This document shows positions 24,935 through 38,189 of a stretch of DNA of 64,000 bases, piece after piece (within the stretch, counting starts at the first letter, position 1; every line of letters begins with the position of its first letter). Source of the stretch: Camelus dromedarius (taxonomy: Eukaryota); contig NC_087437.1 in assembly GCF_036321535.1 (NCBI RefSeq), positions 81,284,001 to 81,348,000 on the forward strand, written 5' to 3'. The position numbers and the translations under genes were made by a program. The notes beneath the pieces are model-generated. The model worked only from the letters and a program-made list of their open reading frames with translations, searched no databases and was not told the DNA's origin.

Positions 24935-26054
24935 GTGTTCTGTACATGTCAGTTAGGTCCAGTTGCTTGGCTGCATTGTGCAGTTCTTTTATATCCCTAA
25001 TGATCTTCTGTCTGCTTATTCTATCAGTTAATGAGAGAAGAATGCTGAAATCTCTGACTCTGATTGTGGATTTATTTCTACTTGCAGCTCTATCAGTTTT
25101 TGCTACATGTATATTAAAGGCCTGCATTTAGGTATAGACCTAAATTACTTAGGATTGTAATAAACTCCTAATGAATTGATCCTTTGTCATTATTAAGTGA
25201 CTTTTTCTGTTTATGGTAATATTCTTTGCTCTGAAATCTGATTTGTTGATACTTCTATATTCATTCAAGCTTTCTTTTGAAAAAGGTTATCATGGTATCT
25301 CTTCTTCTCATCCTTTTACTCTTACCCTATTAGTCTCTGTATATTTAAAATGTTTTTCTTATAAGTAACATATAGTTGGGTCTTGCTTTTTCACCCAGTC
25401 TAACAATCTCTGTGTTTTATTTGGGCTGTTTGGAAACTTACAGTTAATGTGACTAATGAGATGGTTAAGTTTAAATTTATCATCATCTTGCTGTTTGTTT
25501 TCTATTCTTCGTTCCCTCTTTCCTTCTTTTTCAGCCTTCTTTTGGACTGGGTATTTTTATGACTCCATTTTATTGGTTATCTTATTAGCTATAATTCTTT
25601 GTTTTGTTATTTTAGTGGTTGCTTTGGGGCTCATAGATTTCATCTTTAACTTGCCACAGTCTACCTTCCAGACAACTTCACAGTGTAAGAACCTTACACA
25701 AGTATAGAGCTTTTCTCTCCTCCTGGCCTTTGGGCTGTTGTCATTATACAGTTTACTCTTACATATTATATACATCACACTAAATTATTATTATTTTTGT
25801 TTAAATAACAAATTATTTTGAGATAATTAAATAATAAAAATATCATGTTTACTTACCTATAGAGTTACTGTTTCCAGTGGTCTTCATCCCTTTGTGTGGA
25901 GCCATATTTCCATCCGGCACCATTTTCCTTCTGCCTGGAAGGACTTCCTTGAATTTGAATTTTTCTTGTGGGATGAGTCGGCTGCTTATGAATTCTGTCA
26001 GCTTTTGAATGTCTAGAAAATATTTTGCTTTGCTTTTTGTAAAGATAGTTTCAG

Positions 26055-26220
26055 GGGGGAGGGTATAGCTCAGTGGGAGAGCTCATGCTTAGCATGCACA
26101 AGGTCCTGGGTTCAATGCCTACTACCTCCATTAAAAAAAAAGTAAATGAATAAATAAACCTAATTACCTTCCCCACACTCAAAGAAAGAAAAAGGAAGGA
26201 AGGAAGAAAAGGAAAAGAAA
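26055..26220 (+). mobile_element. tRNA-Ala-derived SINE (Vic-1 type) nested in the L1
   Basis: gggtatagctcagtgggagag...gggttcaatgcc, aaataaacctaattacc tail, purine-rich end; degenerate TSD aaagatagtttcag / aaagagagattttcag. Confidence 0.9.
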
Positions 26221-27082
26221 AAAGAGAGATTTTCAGTCGTTACAGAATTCTAGATGACAGGGGTTTGGGTTTGGCTTGTTAGTCTACACAGTCATTGCTC
26301 TACTGCCTTCTCACTTGCATTCTTCCCAGTGACAAATCTGCCACAATCCTTATCTTTATTGTTCTGTATGTAACATGTATTTTCTTCTCTGCTTCCTTTA
26401 AATATCTCCAGAAATTTAATTTGGATCTCTTTTATATCTTCCATTTCTTAATTTTATGACCATGTGGATTATAGTGATAGTAACTGTTCTATTGTCCTTG
26501 TCTGATGATTCGAATATCGACCCAAGTTCTAGGCTGGCTTCAAATGATTTATTTTTCTCCTCATGGTGGGTAATATTTTCCTGTAATTTTACCTGGTTGG
26601 GTGCAGAATATATTTTTCATTCCTAGAATTTTCTTAGATTTTATTCTGGGGTGCAGTTAAATAACTTGAAACCACTTGATCCTTCTGAGTCTAGCTTTTA
26701 AGATTTACTGGGTGGGAACAGAACTGTGTTTACTGAGGGCTGATCATTCCTCACCACAAAGGCAAGACCCTTTTGAGTACCCTTTCCAGTGCCCCATAAA
26801 TTATGCAGTTTAAACCGTGCACAGGGGAGCCAGGTTTCTTTTGGATATGAGCGCAAGCTACACCTATTTAGAAGAGTAAATCAACAATAACATGCATGTC
26901 GTGCATCCCAAAGACAGGATTCCAGATTTTCACAGATTCAGACCATTCACATCACTGCTTTCATTCCATCTGCTTAAAATGTCAGACCAATGTCCTCAAG
27001 CAGATAATTTTATTTATGAGTTCACCTCCACCTTCCTTACAAGCTCAAAAAATGCTCAGTGTCAGCGTCGTCTCTCTCTTAG

Positions 27083-27292
27083 GTCCTCACGTGCGGTATA
27101 TCCAAAAGCCTGACAACAGGCCCTGCTCCATCACTGACTCCATCAAACGATTCCCCAAAGAAGAGGCCACCGAGGGGAATGCCACCAGCCCCCCGCAGAA
27201 CCCACCTACCAACCTCACTGTGGTCACTGTGGAAGGGTGTCCTTCATTTGTCATCTTGGACTGGGATAAGCCATTAAATGACACTGTCACTG
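27083..27292 (+). CDS. ABI3BP: ABI3BP coding exon, 210 nt, start of the C-terminal fibronectin type III domain
   Basis: tctctctcttag| acceptor, CTG|gtaaga donor; encodes (G)PHVRYIQKPDNRPCSITDSIKRFPKEEATEGNATSPPQNPPTNLTVVTVEGCPSFVILDWDKPLNDTVT (FN3 PTNL...W motif). Confidence 0.97.
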
Positions 27293-30200
27293 GTAAGATC
27301 ATGGCATGAGGACTGTCACTATGGTGGGAAGCTGACAATGCAATACCTCAGTGTGGTGCCTTGAGTCCAACTATGACCTGCGAGGCATAGCTCAGGAGTA
27401 GCAGGTCCTAGCAGACTCTGCTGTCCCTGTGGCACACTGTTATCAGTAGTGTCATGAGATGGGGAAAGATAATCTCTGGCCTGTCTATGGGCTCCCTGAT
27501 AATTTGGCAGGTCTCTTTAAGTTGCATACCTTCCATCGAGATGAGATTTTTCAAAACCATCCAGACTCGATATACCTTCACATTTCATTACCAGAAAATT
27601 ACAGATAACATATGGGAAGTTACCACTGCTGATAGTATTTAAGTCTGTTTTCCTTTCACCATCCCAATTTCTAGATGGACCTAGAACTTTCAAGCAGGCT
27701 AAAAGTTATTTCAGTCATTTTTGTTAAATTTTTTTTTAATTCTATTCCTGGTCAATTTTCTGCTCATCTCAGAAGATTTTAATTCTGCTAATCACTCACC
27801 CAATTTCTTTAAAAATGACTATAAAAAATAAGTTGTTCTTTGAATTTGTTGTACGGGATTTTAATTCTCCATAGTGAACAGGATAGTCAAACTAGAGGGG
27901 AGGGGTGGGTGGGAAGACTAGCAGCCTAAATCAGCTAGAAGATACAGCAAACAGCGTGAGTCCACAAGGTTCCCGCTGCCCATGTCCCCTCCCTGTGCCT
28001 GGGGCAGGTGGACAGTGAGGGGAGACGCCCACCCAGAGGCTGTCAGGGGGAGTAGAAAGCAGTACACAATGCAAGGTGAGGAGAGGGGAGGTTCAAGGAG
28101 CTGCCAAAAAAGTTTTCTGTGAGTAACGGAGGAAACAGCAGCTCTTTCTCCTCAGACACAATCCTTTGTTCTGGGCAACTTTCAGTGTAAGCAGCTTATC
28201 TTTGCTTAGCTGGCTTTAAAAAAAAATTTTTTTTATGTATTTCCTTTCTCGTGCAAGGGTTGCCTTTGTTTTGAGAAGCAGCCGCTGCCTGTGGTTCCTG
28301 GGGATCTGACTAGTCTTGCTTCTTTACTTGGAACTACACCAGTAGGTGCTGTCTTCCCAACATCTAAAAATCAATCTCTAATTATTGATTATCTACCCAT
28401 ATTAAAAAGTTCAAAACTCTCAATTCGTATGCAATGCTAGTAAGGAGTTCCTGTGATAGTCTGAGGCTTAGTTCTCACAAAACCAAATGATCTATAAAAT
28501 TTCACTTGCCTTAAATACAGAGAACATCAAGTTAGAACTGGTTAATCTAAAGTATCTGAAAATCTATACATATTCACTTGAGTGTGTCAGTAATAGCTGA
28601 TTCAACTTTTTAAAGCAGAAGGATTTTCTTTTCTAGATTTTCCTTCCATCATATAACTTTTTAAAAATTTACATGAACCTGTAATCTCAAAGAATCATGA
28701 AAAGCATATACTTTAACCAATTACTTTTATAACATTATTACGAGATCTTTCACTAGATACTGGACTTATAATAATAATTTTCATGGATAAAGACCACATC
28801 TATAGCTATAGTATTTTCTAAATAGAAATAAGTCCATACCTAACCATTACTCACCTGGTCTATATTTAAATGTTGGACCATATGCCCTAATGATCTGTCC
28901 TATTTTTTCAATTTTTGTTTATTTCTTTGTGTTACATTAAATACCACTTGATTTCACATGTAATCTTTTATAAACCAGCAGCTTGGATAAGAGAGAGGTT
29001 AATTCTCAAATCACTGGAAAATGGTTTTGCAAGAAAGGAGTGAGAAAGATAAAAAGAGACTGAAACATACTCTTCATTCCCAGGTTGACCTCTGTCAGTA
29101 ATTGACAAGCATATATTCACCTCTAGTAAAAACATCCAAATTCAGATGCTTCTCCATGTCTCTTCTACACCAACATAGGTGCACCACAGAAATTGGCCAT
29201 AGCCTGGGTCCTTGGACAACTTCAAGTTATTTAAAAGGTGTCATTTCATTCTACGTCAAGAGCATCCTGACATAGATTTAAATTGCAGACCAGCTGTGTT
29301 CTAGATATCCAACATAGGTGTATAATTAGCCTCTTTGAACTTTAGGGTTTTTATTTAATAATAATAATGATAGTTTGCAGTGTTAGCAATTTATTGTGAG
29401 TATAAAACTTAGAGAGTTTGTTCAGCATAAATTAGAAGCTGTTAAATTACTGTTTGTCAGCAATAACAGCAGGAGGGCTGATAGACGTGGTATCCTCATT
29501 ATTATTTTCATGGTCTATTGACAAGAATGCGTTGTTCCCAATCTTTGTAATAAATAAGTATTTTCTAAGTGAATTATCTCATAATAAGGCAATAAAACCC
29601 TCCGAGGGGAAAGAAGATACCAATTATTCAGTATTAGTTCTTTGTAGATTTTTTTACGTCTTTACTGTTAATGAAATTATTTCTAAAATCCTCTGTTTTA
29701 AAATAAGAAATACAGGCACATACTTTTGTGTTGGTGGTGGTAGATTTTTATATTGTTGGTGGATTTGTGAAAAAGCCATTATCACTTTAGAGCCTTAAAA
29801 ATGAAAGATATATTTACGAAGCCCAAGAATATACATTCTAAAGCTAGGATTCTGAAAGAAATTCTATCTTTTAAATTATGAAGATAACTGCAAGTTCATA
29901 GAAACATGTCCTTAAGTTAAATTTATGCAGATCTCTAAGTAGACTTTAAGGGCATAATTTTATTTTTAATAAAAGGGTAATTATCAAGGGGGCAATGTAA
30001 ACAGCTGTGCAAAACTTATGCAACTTACATAAGCAGTAGGTGCCAACATCCCATAATTCTATAGTTCAAAATAACAAGTTATAGGAGAGTATAGTTCATT
30101 ATTTAGTTAATTGTTATTTGCTGCTATGGTTTTAAACTCAAAGTTTTTGCAGCAGTACTGTGTATTCAGTAACGCTGTCCCCAGCTATATCATAAATCCC

Positions 30201-30606
30201 TGTTGAGCAGGAAATGAGCTTCTACTGAACCACCATTCCTCATATAGTGCTTTCCCCACACTGGGCTTTCCAATGATGGCAGACTATCTGACTTACTTAC
30301 CAAAATCGTGGGGTACCAGTATCCAGTGCTACCATAGGTGCGTCATCAGTCTTCACAGTTACCAGACCTTTCCTGCTCTGGTAAAGAGAAAACAGAAATG
30401 GTCAATGAGCAACTCCCACAATGCTCTGGGATCTTCATCATCTGCTGACAGTCCCCATTTGGAAGTTACTAATCTGTACCATCAGTCTACCTCTAGGACC
30501 GCAGTCTCAGTTGCTCACTTTTATGAGAGTGACTTTGTTATGCTGTTAGCTTCAAGAACAGTTAAATCTTCAGAACGTAAAGACTGTTGGCTTTTTTGCT
30601 TTTCAG

Positions 30607-30715
30607 AATATGAAGTTATATCCAGAGAAAATGGGTCATTCAGTGGAAAGAACAAGTCCATTCAAACTACAAATCAAACCTTCTCCACAGTAGAAAATCT
30701 AAAGCCAGACACAAG
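30607..30715 (+). CDS. ABI3BP: ABI3BP coding exon, 109 nt, phase 1-2, FN3 domain
   Basis: ttttgcttttcag| acceptor, AAG|gtaagc donor; encodes (E)YEVISRENGSFSGKNKSIQTTNQTFSTVENLKPDT. Confidence 0.97.
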
Positions 30716-30865
30716 GTAAGCCACCAGCGCTATTCCAGGTGAATTCTGAGAGTGCAGAAATCGTAGCAAAGGAATGAAATGACATCATCCTTCTTGATCT
30801 TAAGCTCTGGTTTGCATTTCGTTCTTTGGCTTTCTGTACACAGTGCTAGATAGCCCTAGAGTTTG

Positions 30866-30983
30866 CAAATATGCAAGTTATTGGTGAGGATACAAGAGCT
30901 GACAAGATGGTCGTGTAAGTTTACAAATATGCAAGTTATTGGTGAGGATACAAGAGCTGACAAGATGGTCGTGTAAGTTTACA
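30866..30983. repeat. Perfect 58-bp tandem duplication
   Basis: caaatatgcaagttattggtgaggatacaagagctgacaagatggtcgtgtaagttta occurs at 30866-30923 and 30924-30981. Confidence 0.97.
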
Positions 30984-32669
30984 GTGTAGCTGGGAACATT
31001 GAAAAGTAGAAGGCCATTAACATCTAACGTTGATATTAAATACCAAAATTTAGAGGACGAAAGGTCTGTAGACCAGAGACAACTGGAGTGTGCCTGGTGT
31101 TCACTAGAGGGGAAGCACAGAGGAATCTGGCTGGCACGCGGAAAAGGAAGGGCAAAGAGACAAAACCCTGCGAAACATTTCGGCAAATGTAGGTGAAAGT
31201 TTGTGATAGTTAATGCTTAAAACAGATACAGGCTAGTCCCAGACATAGCACTTCTTTTCTTTTGGGTCTTTTTATCATAGACAAATAAGCACAGATTTTT
31301 GAAAATGGAATTATGTAAAATTAACATTGTTCAATAACAAACAACTTTTCTCAGCATCCTGTATTGCACATTGATATCAGGTTGTTTATATTGCTGTAGA
31401 GTTTGTGATTCCTTTTTAACTCTCAAATACCCAATATTTTATCAGTTTATTATTGCAAAAAAGTTAAAAGCCTTAGATAGTTCTAGAAATATGGTAGGAA
31501 GTGTTTGGGTTTTTTGTTTGGTTTCATACGGCTAAATCATCAAATGCGTTGCTCAAAGGGATTCTCCAGTGGATACAGACAAGCATTTTCTTAATAAACC
31601 AACATGCTAAATTCATTTCTGGACTAGATTTCACTCTCTGTGAGAAATCACTTTCTTTCCTCAAACTCTAAAACACTGTTTGATAAATTGTCTATGATTT
31701 CAGTATAAACCAGCAACAAAAACAACAGAAAAAAAAACCCAGAAAAACCAAAAAACCTGACATCCTAAGTTATAATATATCAAGCAACATAGATCAGTTT
31801 TCAGAGGAACAGAATCAGATTTTCCCGACTGAGTATTTCATAACTTGATAAAGTTCCTTAGTGTTAAAAAGATCAGCAGAGGTGAAGACTGGAGCTTTAG
31901 CATCAGATTTTTTTTTCATGTTTTATTTCTCGCATCTTTCATGGTGGTCATTTAACTGAACTGAATTAGGCATTGAGTGTGACACCCAGAAGAGCCTATT
32001 TTGGCTCTGACAGCAGTGAGACTCTTCCAGTCTTTTCAGGGGAAAAGAAAGCATCTGATTTACTATGGAGGGGTTGCTGTATGCAAACTGTAGTCCTGTA
32101 TTGCAAAAATAACCCTTGTCTACAAGTGTGTTTATTTTTCTCTAAAGTTCTCTATTTGAGTTGTAATATGGAAATTTTTGCAACTGCTTATTTTCTTAAA
32201 GATATTAAGTTAGCCAAAATAAGTATTTTTACTGAAAAATTTAATTAAAAGCCCATTTGATGATCTTGGTTCTGTTTCCTTAGCCAGATTAACAGGGAGA
32301 GAGCCAATTTTTACCATAACGTATTTTAAGGAAAGAGTAAGAGAGAAGAGGTCATTTAATTTGGACTTTCATAAGCGGATAAATAGAGTGCATCAGACTC
32401 AAAGACAACCTTGTCAATCCACAAATTTACAGAACTTGTTTTTTTCTCTTCAGTGTCCTGCTTTTTACTCCGCTTGAGAAAAAGTGAGCTGTGTAGTACA
32501 CAGAAAGTACACTGAAGGGCATCCAGTTTCTCAGTGCTCACTGTGTCCCTTTTCTGAATCAGGCTACTCTCCGATTTCATAGTGCGCCTCCCAGCTCATG
32601 ATCAGAAGTAGAACACAGTTATTCCAGTGACATTTTAAACCTGATTTTGTTTGTAGAAGGCTCGCATAT

Positions 32670-33200
32670 GCATTCAGCTGGCATTTACTGAGTGCCAGCG
32701 ATGTGCTCAGCCATGTGCTTGGTGTTGTGCCAACAAACAGGAGTAAATGTGGTGCCTGCCCTTGAGGAGGTCCAGGCTGGTGGGGCAGGTCACCAATGAG
32801 CGATTATTCTATACGAAGTGCTGAGAGCACTGGTAGAAGTCCACACCCAGGTGTGGTGGGAGCCCGGAGTAGGCAGCGCATCACCAAGTCTGGGGGAGTC
32901 AGGGAAAACTTCCTGGAGAAGGTGACACCTGGGCTGAGGCTTGAAGGATGTGGGGGAAGGGGGCACCCAGTGACATGGTAGGGGAAGGAGGGTCAGAGAG
33001 AACAGCACATGTCAGTGCAGTGGCCCGAAATGGCATGGGTGTATGCGGCGTTCACCAGGGGGAGGGGTGAAAAGTGGACGGAAGCTGTGGAAGCCAAGTT
33101 ATGGAAGGCCTTCTGTGCCAGATCAGGACGCTTGGCCACAGGACGGGGAGACCCTGAAGGATAGGAACTGGGGAGTGACTTACTCTGACTTTCATTTTAG
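32670..33200 (-). mobile_element. L2 LINE fragment
   Basis: cattcagctggcatttactgagtgcc...cagggaaaacttcctggagaaggtgacacctgggctgaggcttgaaggatg, an L2 3' region in reverse. Confidence 0.7.
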
Positions 33201-33840
33201 TTTTCATTCTTTGATTTAGTCAAAATAATCACTCAGTACTATAGCTCTTTATAATGAGTAGCAGTTGGTAGAACAAATCTAACTAAAAAGAACTTTTTGT
33301 TAATTTCTAGCAAGAGTACCATGTTGGCATCTGACCTAATTGGTCAAATAGGTGCATAAGAGAATAGCGCCTTTGTGCTGAGCTGGATTTCATCCTGGAA
33401 TCGCAGGACCAATCAGGTCATGGGGTTCACGTCTAGCTTCTGGTTGTAATTGTTCTGGACTCGCACTCCTTGTTTCTGGAGTCTGCCTCAGACTCAAAGA
33501 CAACCATGCCCCCTTTATCCCGCCCTCAGAGGATGTGTCTTGCTGTCTGTCCTGTCCTTCGTCAGTGCACCTTCTACGGAGGACCCCTGCCGCCTGTCCT
33601 TATCTCAGGACAAGCAGAGCCCAAAGGTGGCCCTTTCTGGATTTGTCTTTGGAAAAATCAATATTAAATTTGGTTTAGGAATCACTGAATTCAGACACCC
33701 ATGCCAACTTTTATTACTTAGTGTAAACTTAGGGCCATTAAGTGTGTCTGTATGTGGCTTATTTAAAGTTATTTTTAGTTTGGTGTGATTGAATGAAATC
33801 CATTCATATATGAAGATTGTTCATGTTCTAATATATGATT

Positions 33841-33955
33841 TGGAGGTGGGGGGAGTTAATTAGGCTTATTTATTTATTTGATGGAGGTCCTGGGGATTGA
33901 ACCTAGGACCTCGTGCATGCTAAGCGTGCACTCTACGATTGAATTATACCCTCCC
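33841..33955 (-). mobile_element. tRNA-Ala-derived SINE (Vic-1 type)
   Basis: aattaggcttatttattt...tggaggtcctggggattgaacctaggacctcgtgcatgctaagc...tataccctccc. Confidence 0.88.
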
Positions 33956-36062
33956 TTTCAAATACAATTTGACCAGGATTATATTGACAGTCCCTAATGG
34001 GTCATGATTTAAAAGTTGTGTATCAGTAGTTTGAAGTAAAGAACATTTTTGCACATATAATACACATGGATGGCAAATATAATACATGTGGATGTAAATG
34101 TGCTCTAATGAAAACTGTTTCAGCTATCATATGGGAAACTTTGTGGAGATCACGTAGTCCAGGAGATCCTAGTCCCCAGTGAGCCTGTGAACACTGTGCT
34201 CTCAGAACAGACGTATGCTGGAGATTAATTTGTCTTTATCGGGCAAAAATATTTTGACCTGAAATATTAAAGTTATATGTTGGAACCCCTATTAGTCAAA
34301 TAACCAAATAAGTTAAGGAAGAATAAAGTGAAGTTGAACCATTTCATTTATTTTGAGATTTCTGAAGCCTAAAAGTAGCTGAGGAAACAAAAATGACTTT
34401 CGTGAAGCATCATAACACAGAAAAAAGAACCTTCCAGTGTAGGACTTACACCCACCTTCTGCAAGTTAGAGGAGGAGAGAAGTCCTCGTGGAACACTTGG
34501 GATGCGAACGTGACAATGAAGGATGCGATGGAATGGGGTGGGCTGGCAAGAAGAGAGAGCAGCAGCAGGATTGGCTTTCAGACGAAATCCGCGTGCACAG
34601 CTTAGGTGAAATGCAGGGAGTCCTCAAAGCACCTGCTCACAGAAGCCACAGCAAGGGGAATAAAGTCACGAGTTCCCACATTTGGGTTTGTTGGCTTTTT
34701 CGATGCAGGCTTTTTTTATACGTTCTCACATTGTCAAGGCCAGGTTTCTTTCCATTGTATCTTCTCTGCCCCAACCGTGATCCAAGATTAATGCTAATAT
34801 AAAGCTACTCTGTAAAATAAAGAGGAAGTACGTGCTGGATGCAGCTAGCAGGTGTTTTTTATTAGCATTAAGGAATGAGGAATGACTTTAGTCACATTTC
34901 AGTGTTTGTGGAAAATTTTGAGTCAAAATATATGGGAAACTCCCCAAATAGACAAACCTGAATTATAGCTGTTAACATTCCCCCATTAAGTTCTGGAATT
35001 CCCTATTTAAAAAGCTGGAAGATAATAACTTCTGAAAGATATCTGTAGCATTGTTCTAATTCCAGGAGACACATAGAAATAATTGATTGTAGTAGCATTT
35101 CCCATCATCTGTCCTGACCGAAAAAAAAAAAAAAATGCACTCCCAAACCAGGTGATAATTACGGGCTAATCACTACACACTGACACGGGTGGAGCAGAGC
35201 TTGGTATGAGAACATTTAACCCAGGAGAATCAAGGCAGAGAAAATAGACCTACAGAGGGGTTTTGGTTAAAAATTCTAAATGTTCACACTATTCTAAAAC
35301 CAAAAAGATAGTCCATGATGCTGCCCTTTCCTTCTTACAGTGTTTGTTACCCTTTTCCCTGCCTGATTTTTTGCTGTTTTTTGCTTTTGTTTCTCTGCCT
35401 TAAAGTTTATTAATTTTTTAATATATTTTTATTGAAGTATAGTCAGTTTTAATGACTTAGGCGGGTTTTGATTTATTGTGCAGAAGCTCAAAAAATAAGC
35501 CACAGGTAAGGGACCATCCAGCAGCCATCCAGCTGCTGGGAGATTTCGGCCGCTCGCCCAGCGAGAGATGTTTCTGTTTGTAGAAAGGGGAGCCTCTCAG
35601 CTGCTCTGAGGACTCTGGGTGCAGCCCTGAAGGCGGCGTGGTGGCGACCAGCCCAGAAGATACGTGTGCACAGGGAGAGGGGCTGTTTGTGGGGAACCAG
35701 AGCTGTTTTACTCAAGTCAAGCAGCAGAGCTCTGTTAAGAGAGGCAAACAGCTGTGGCACAACTCCATCGCTTTCTGTAGAGGATCCATCTCTCAACCCC
35801 ACCCCTAAAACACAAAGAAAATGTAGAGACGTTAGTGTCCAGCTGAATCAGCACCCATCTAGCTCACTACCCAATATTTATTTTCCACTTATTTTATTCC
35901 CCATGAAACCTCATTGTGTGGCTCTTGTTTAAAAGAAAAATATTAAGAAGAGCCTCTCCTGTCTAGAGCCAACTACTTTGTTTGCAAAGACCACTATGAT
36001 TATATTAAGTTCTGTGAACAGCAGGACTGATAAAGTATATGGCTTTAAAAAAATTAGTCTTA

Positions 36063-36171
36063 AGGATGAGTGTAGCTCAGTGGTAGAGCATATGCTTAGC
36101 ATGCGTGAAGTCCTGGGTTCAGTCCCCAGTACCTCCATTAAAAAAATAAAAAACAGGAAAAAAATAAAGAT
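36063..36171 (+). mobile_element. tRNA-Ala-derived SINE (short Vic-1 type)
   Basis: gtgtagctcagtggtagagcatatgcttagcatgcgtgaagtcctgggttcagtccccagtacctcca followed by an A-rich tail. Confidence 0.88.
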
Positions 36172-38189
36172 AAAAACTAAGTGTTACACCATTCCTTAAA
36201 GGGAAGTGTGGACACATTGATCTTGAAGTCTCTCCCAGCTCTAAAGTGATAAAATCTTATGCTCTCAGCAGCCATGCACAGACTCAGTGGGAAAACTGGA
36301 ACTGAAAATAAAACCAAAACCGAGGTCAGTTGTACGGCAAGTAGAATTGTCCTGAATAACCATTTTTGCTTTGAATCCTTCTGTGGTCTGTAATCTGTTT
36401 TCGGACAAATTATTTTTAGCACACATTTTGGTAATCCATCCATGGGCCGGGTCCTTCCTGATGAACTGGTTGGACACTGTGGCTTGACACACAATCACTG
36501 TCCACTTAAAAAGCCCTTTAACCTCACTCTTCTCTTCATGTGAGCCCATGTCTCCCCTCGCTTGGCTGAAAACACTGAAGAATCCACTTTGTATGCCAGA
36601 TGCACATGTGGCCCAGCAATTTCCTATGGAAAATGTACTCTGTCGGGTAATTAAGATAAATCAAGTTTACTTAACGTGCTCAAGTACTTCACCGTCCTCT
36701 GTGGCGTGAGGATTCTGGAGAACAGTCCTTCCTCTACGGCCAAGACCTCCCGAAGTCTCCGGTAGTTGACAGCAAAGACAGTTTGGGACTGTTGTTTATG
36801 TTGTTTGACTTCATGCAGTCTTGGCACTGAGAATAAACTGGAAGAGAGGCAGCAGCTTCTTGTAAACTGTAAATCTGATTGAACAAAGCAGGCGTGTGGA
36901 ATGGCCATTATGCCCTTACTCATAGTGTCTTTTGAAATTCTGGCCTCTGCCATCTGAATTAACTTTCTAACATCTCTTCTCATGGACTTCGTAGAAAAGG
37001 ATAAAATTAAGCTACTGGAGCATCAGGCATTTTATTTCGTTTTATTGTCAATATGAGTAGCAGCAGGACAATTGCTTCCTCATTAAAGTGGAAAGAAATT
37101 GATTTGATCGCTCAGGATTGCAACTTTTCATCAGGCAAAAGAACAGCTAAGAGCACAGGATCTGGCTGGTCTATAAAGAGAGCAGTTCTTTTCACGACAC
37201 CAGATTGTTTTCATTACTTTTCACTTTAAATTCCTTAGTATCTAGGGAGGAGGTGCGAGATACTCATAGCAACACTGTGGAATTAGAGTACAGCCCAGAT
37301 CTGGAATTTGTGTGTCCCCCACAGAAATGGGAGACACAAGAAACGTCCCTAAGGATCTACAGGGCAGCTCGTTAATGACCCCAGATGCCTGCTGATGCCC
37401 TGCTCTCCTCCCTTCTGTTCGACTTAGGCTTATTTTGTCCTCTAAGTGTCCCTGCAGCTCTGCCCTTTGCTTCTTACCTATGTTCCCAGGCAGCACAATG
37501 TCCGCACATGGCAGGTGTCCAGAAATGCTCTCCACAATCCTGCAGTGCCCTCGGAGAACTGACTGACAGATTTCCCCCTCCCCATTCCACTGCCCCATAC
37601 CTTTTTTTTTTTTTTTTTCTCATTCCACTTTTCCCTTTCTCTCTGTCTGACTGAAACCCGACCTGAATGGGGCCCAAATATTTCAAGATTACACTAGGGG
37701 TTCAATCAAGCTAACCAAACAATTCAAACCAACAAAGAGCTACAGGGTGGCCTTTCTATATAAAAAGTGGTTTGCTTGAGGTTTATGAGCTTTTGTTAAG
37801 TTTATCAAATAATGAAAACTACAATTCAAGCTCTATATTATGGGCAAAAATAGAGGAAAAGGGTTATAGAGGAACAAGGAAGGGAAATGACAGAAAGAAG
37901 TGTCTGCCCTAACCAGACCTGGAGGTTAGTCTCAGGCTGGACCCTGCGGGTGGGAGCTCCCTGCCTCTGACAGTTTCGCCCGTGAACCACAGATGCCCTT
38001 TTTACATCCTTTACAAACACAAAAGTATGTGGACATGGAAGAGTTCTCCCTTGAGAGTTCTATGGCAGTGTTTGTCAAGTTCCCGAAGAACAGAAGCACC
38101 TTTAAAAAAAAAATTCTTTCGAGCTACAAATAGAATACCAGAGAACATTTATAATGACTTACTTGGTGACTGGTACCATGCTTTTCCGT

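Larger units (their letters stand above)
21490..26810 (-). mobile_element. Old LINE-1 (L1M-type), about 5 kb, fragmented, with nested insertions
   Basis: L1M 3' UTR signature near 21500; - strand ORF 23161-23364 gives RT motif LSDDTILYVENP...KINVQKPVVFL; endonuclease-like QLDLTDMYRTL near 24950. Confidence 0.9.

Noticed and set aside
22275..25778. Cluster of hydrophobic ORFs on the + strand
   Set aside because: T-rich antisense translations of the degenerate L1; the sense-strand ORF2 is broken by stops and frameshifts.
26896..27309. 137-aa ORF (likewise 30273-30719, 53148-53663 and 63028-63324) as stand-alone genes
   Set aside because: Each is a real exon plus intronic read-through; only the splice-bounded part resembles ABI3BP or TFG.
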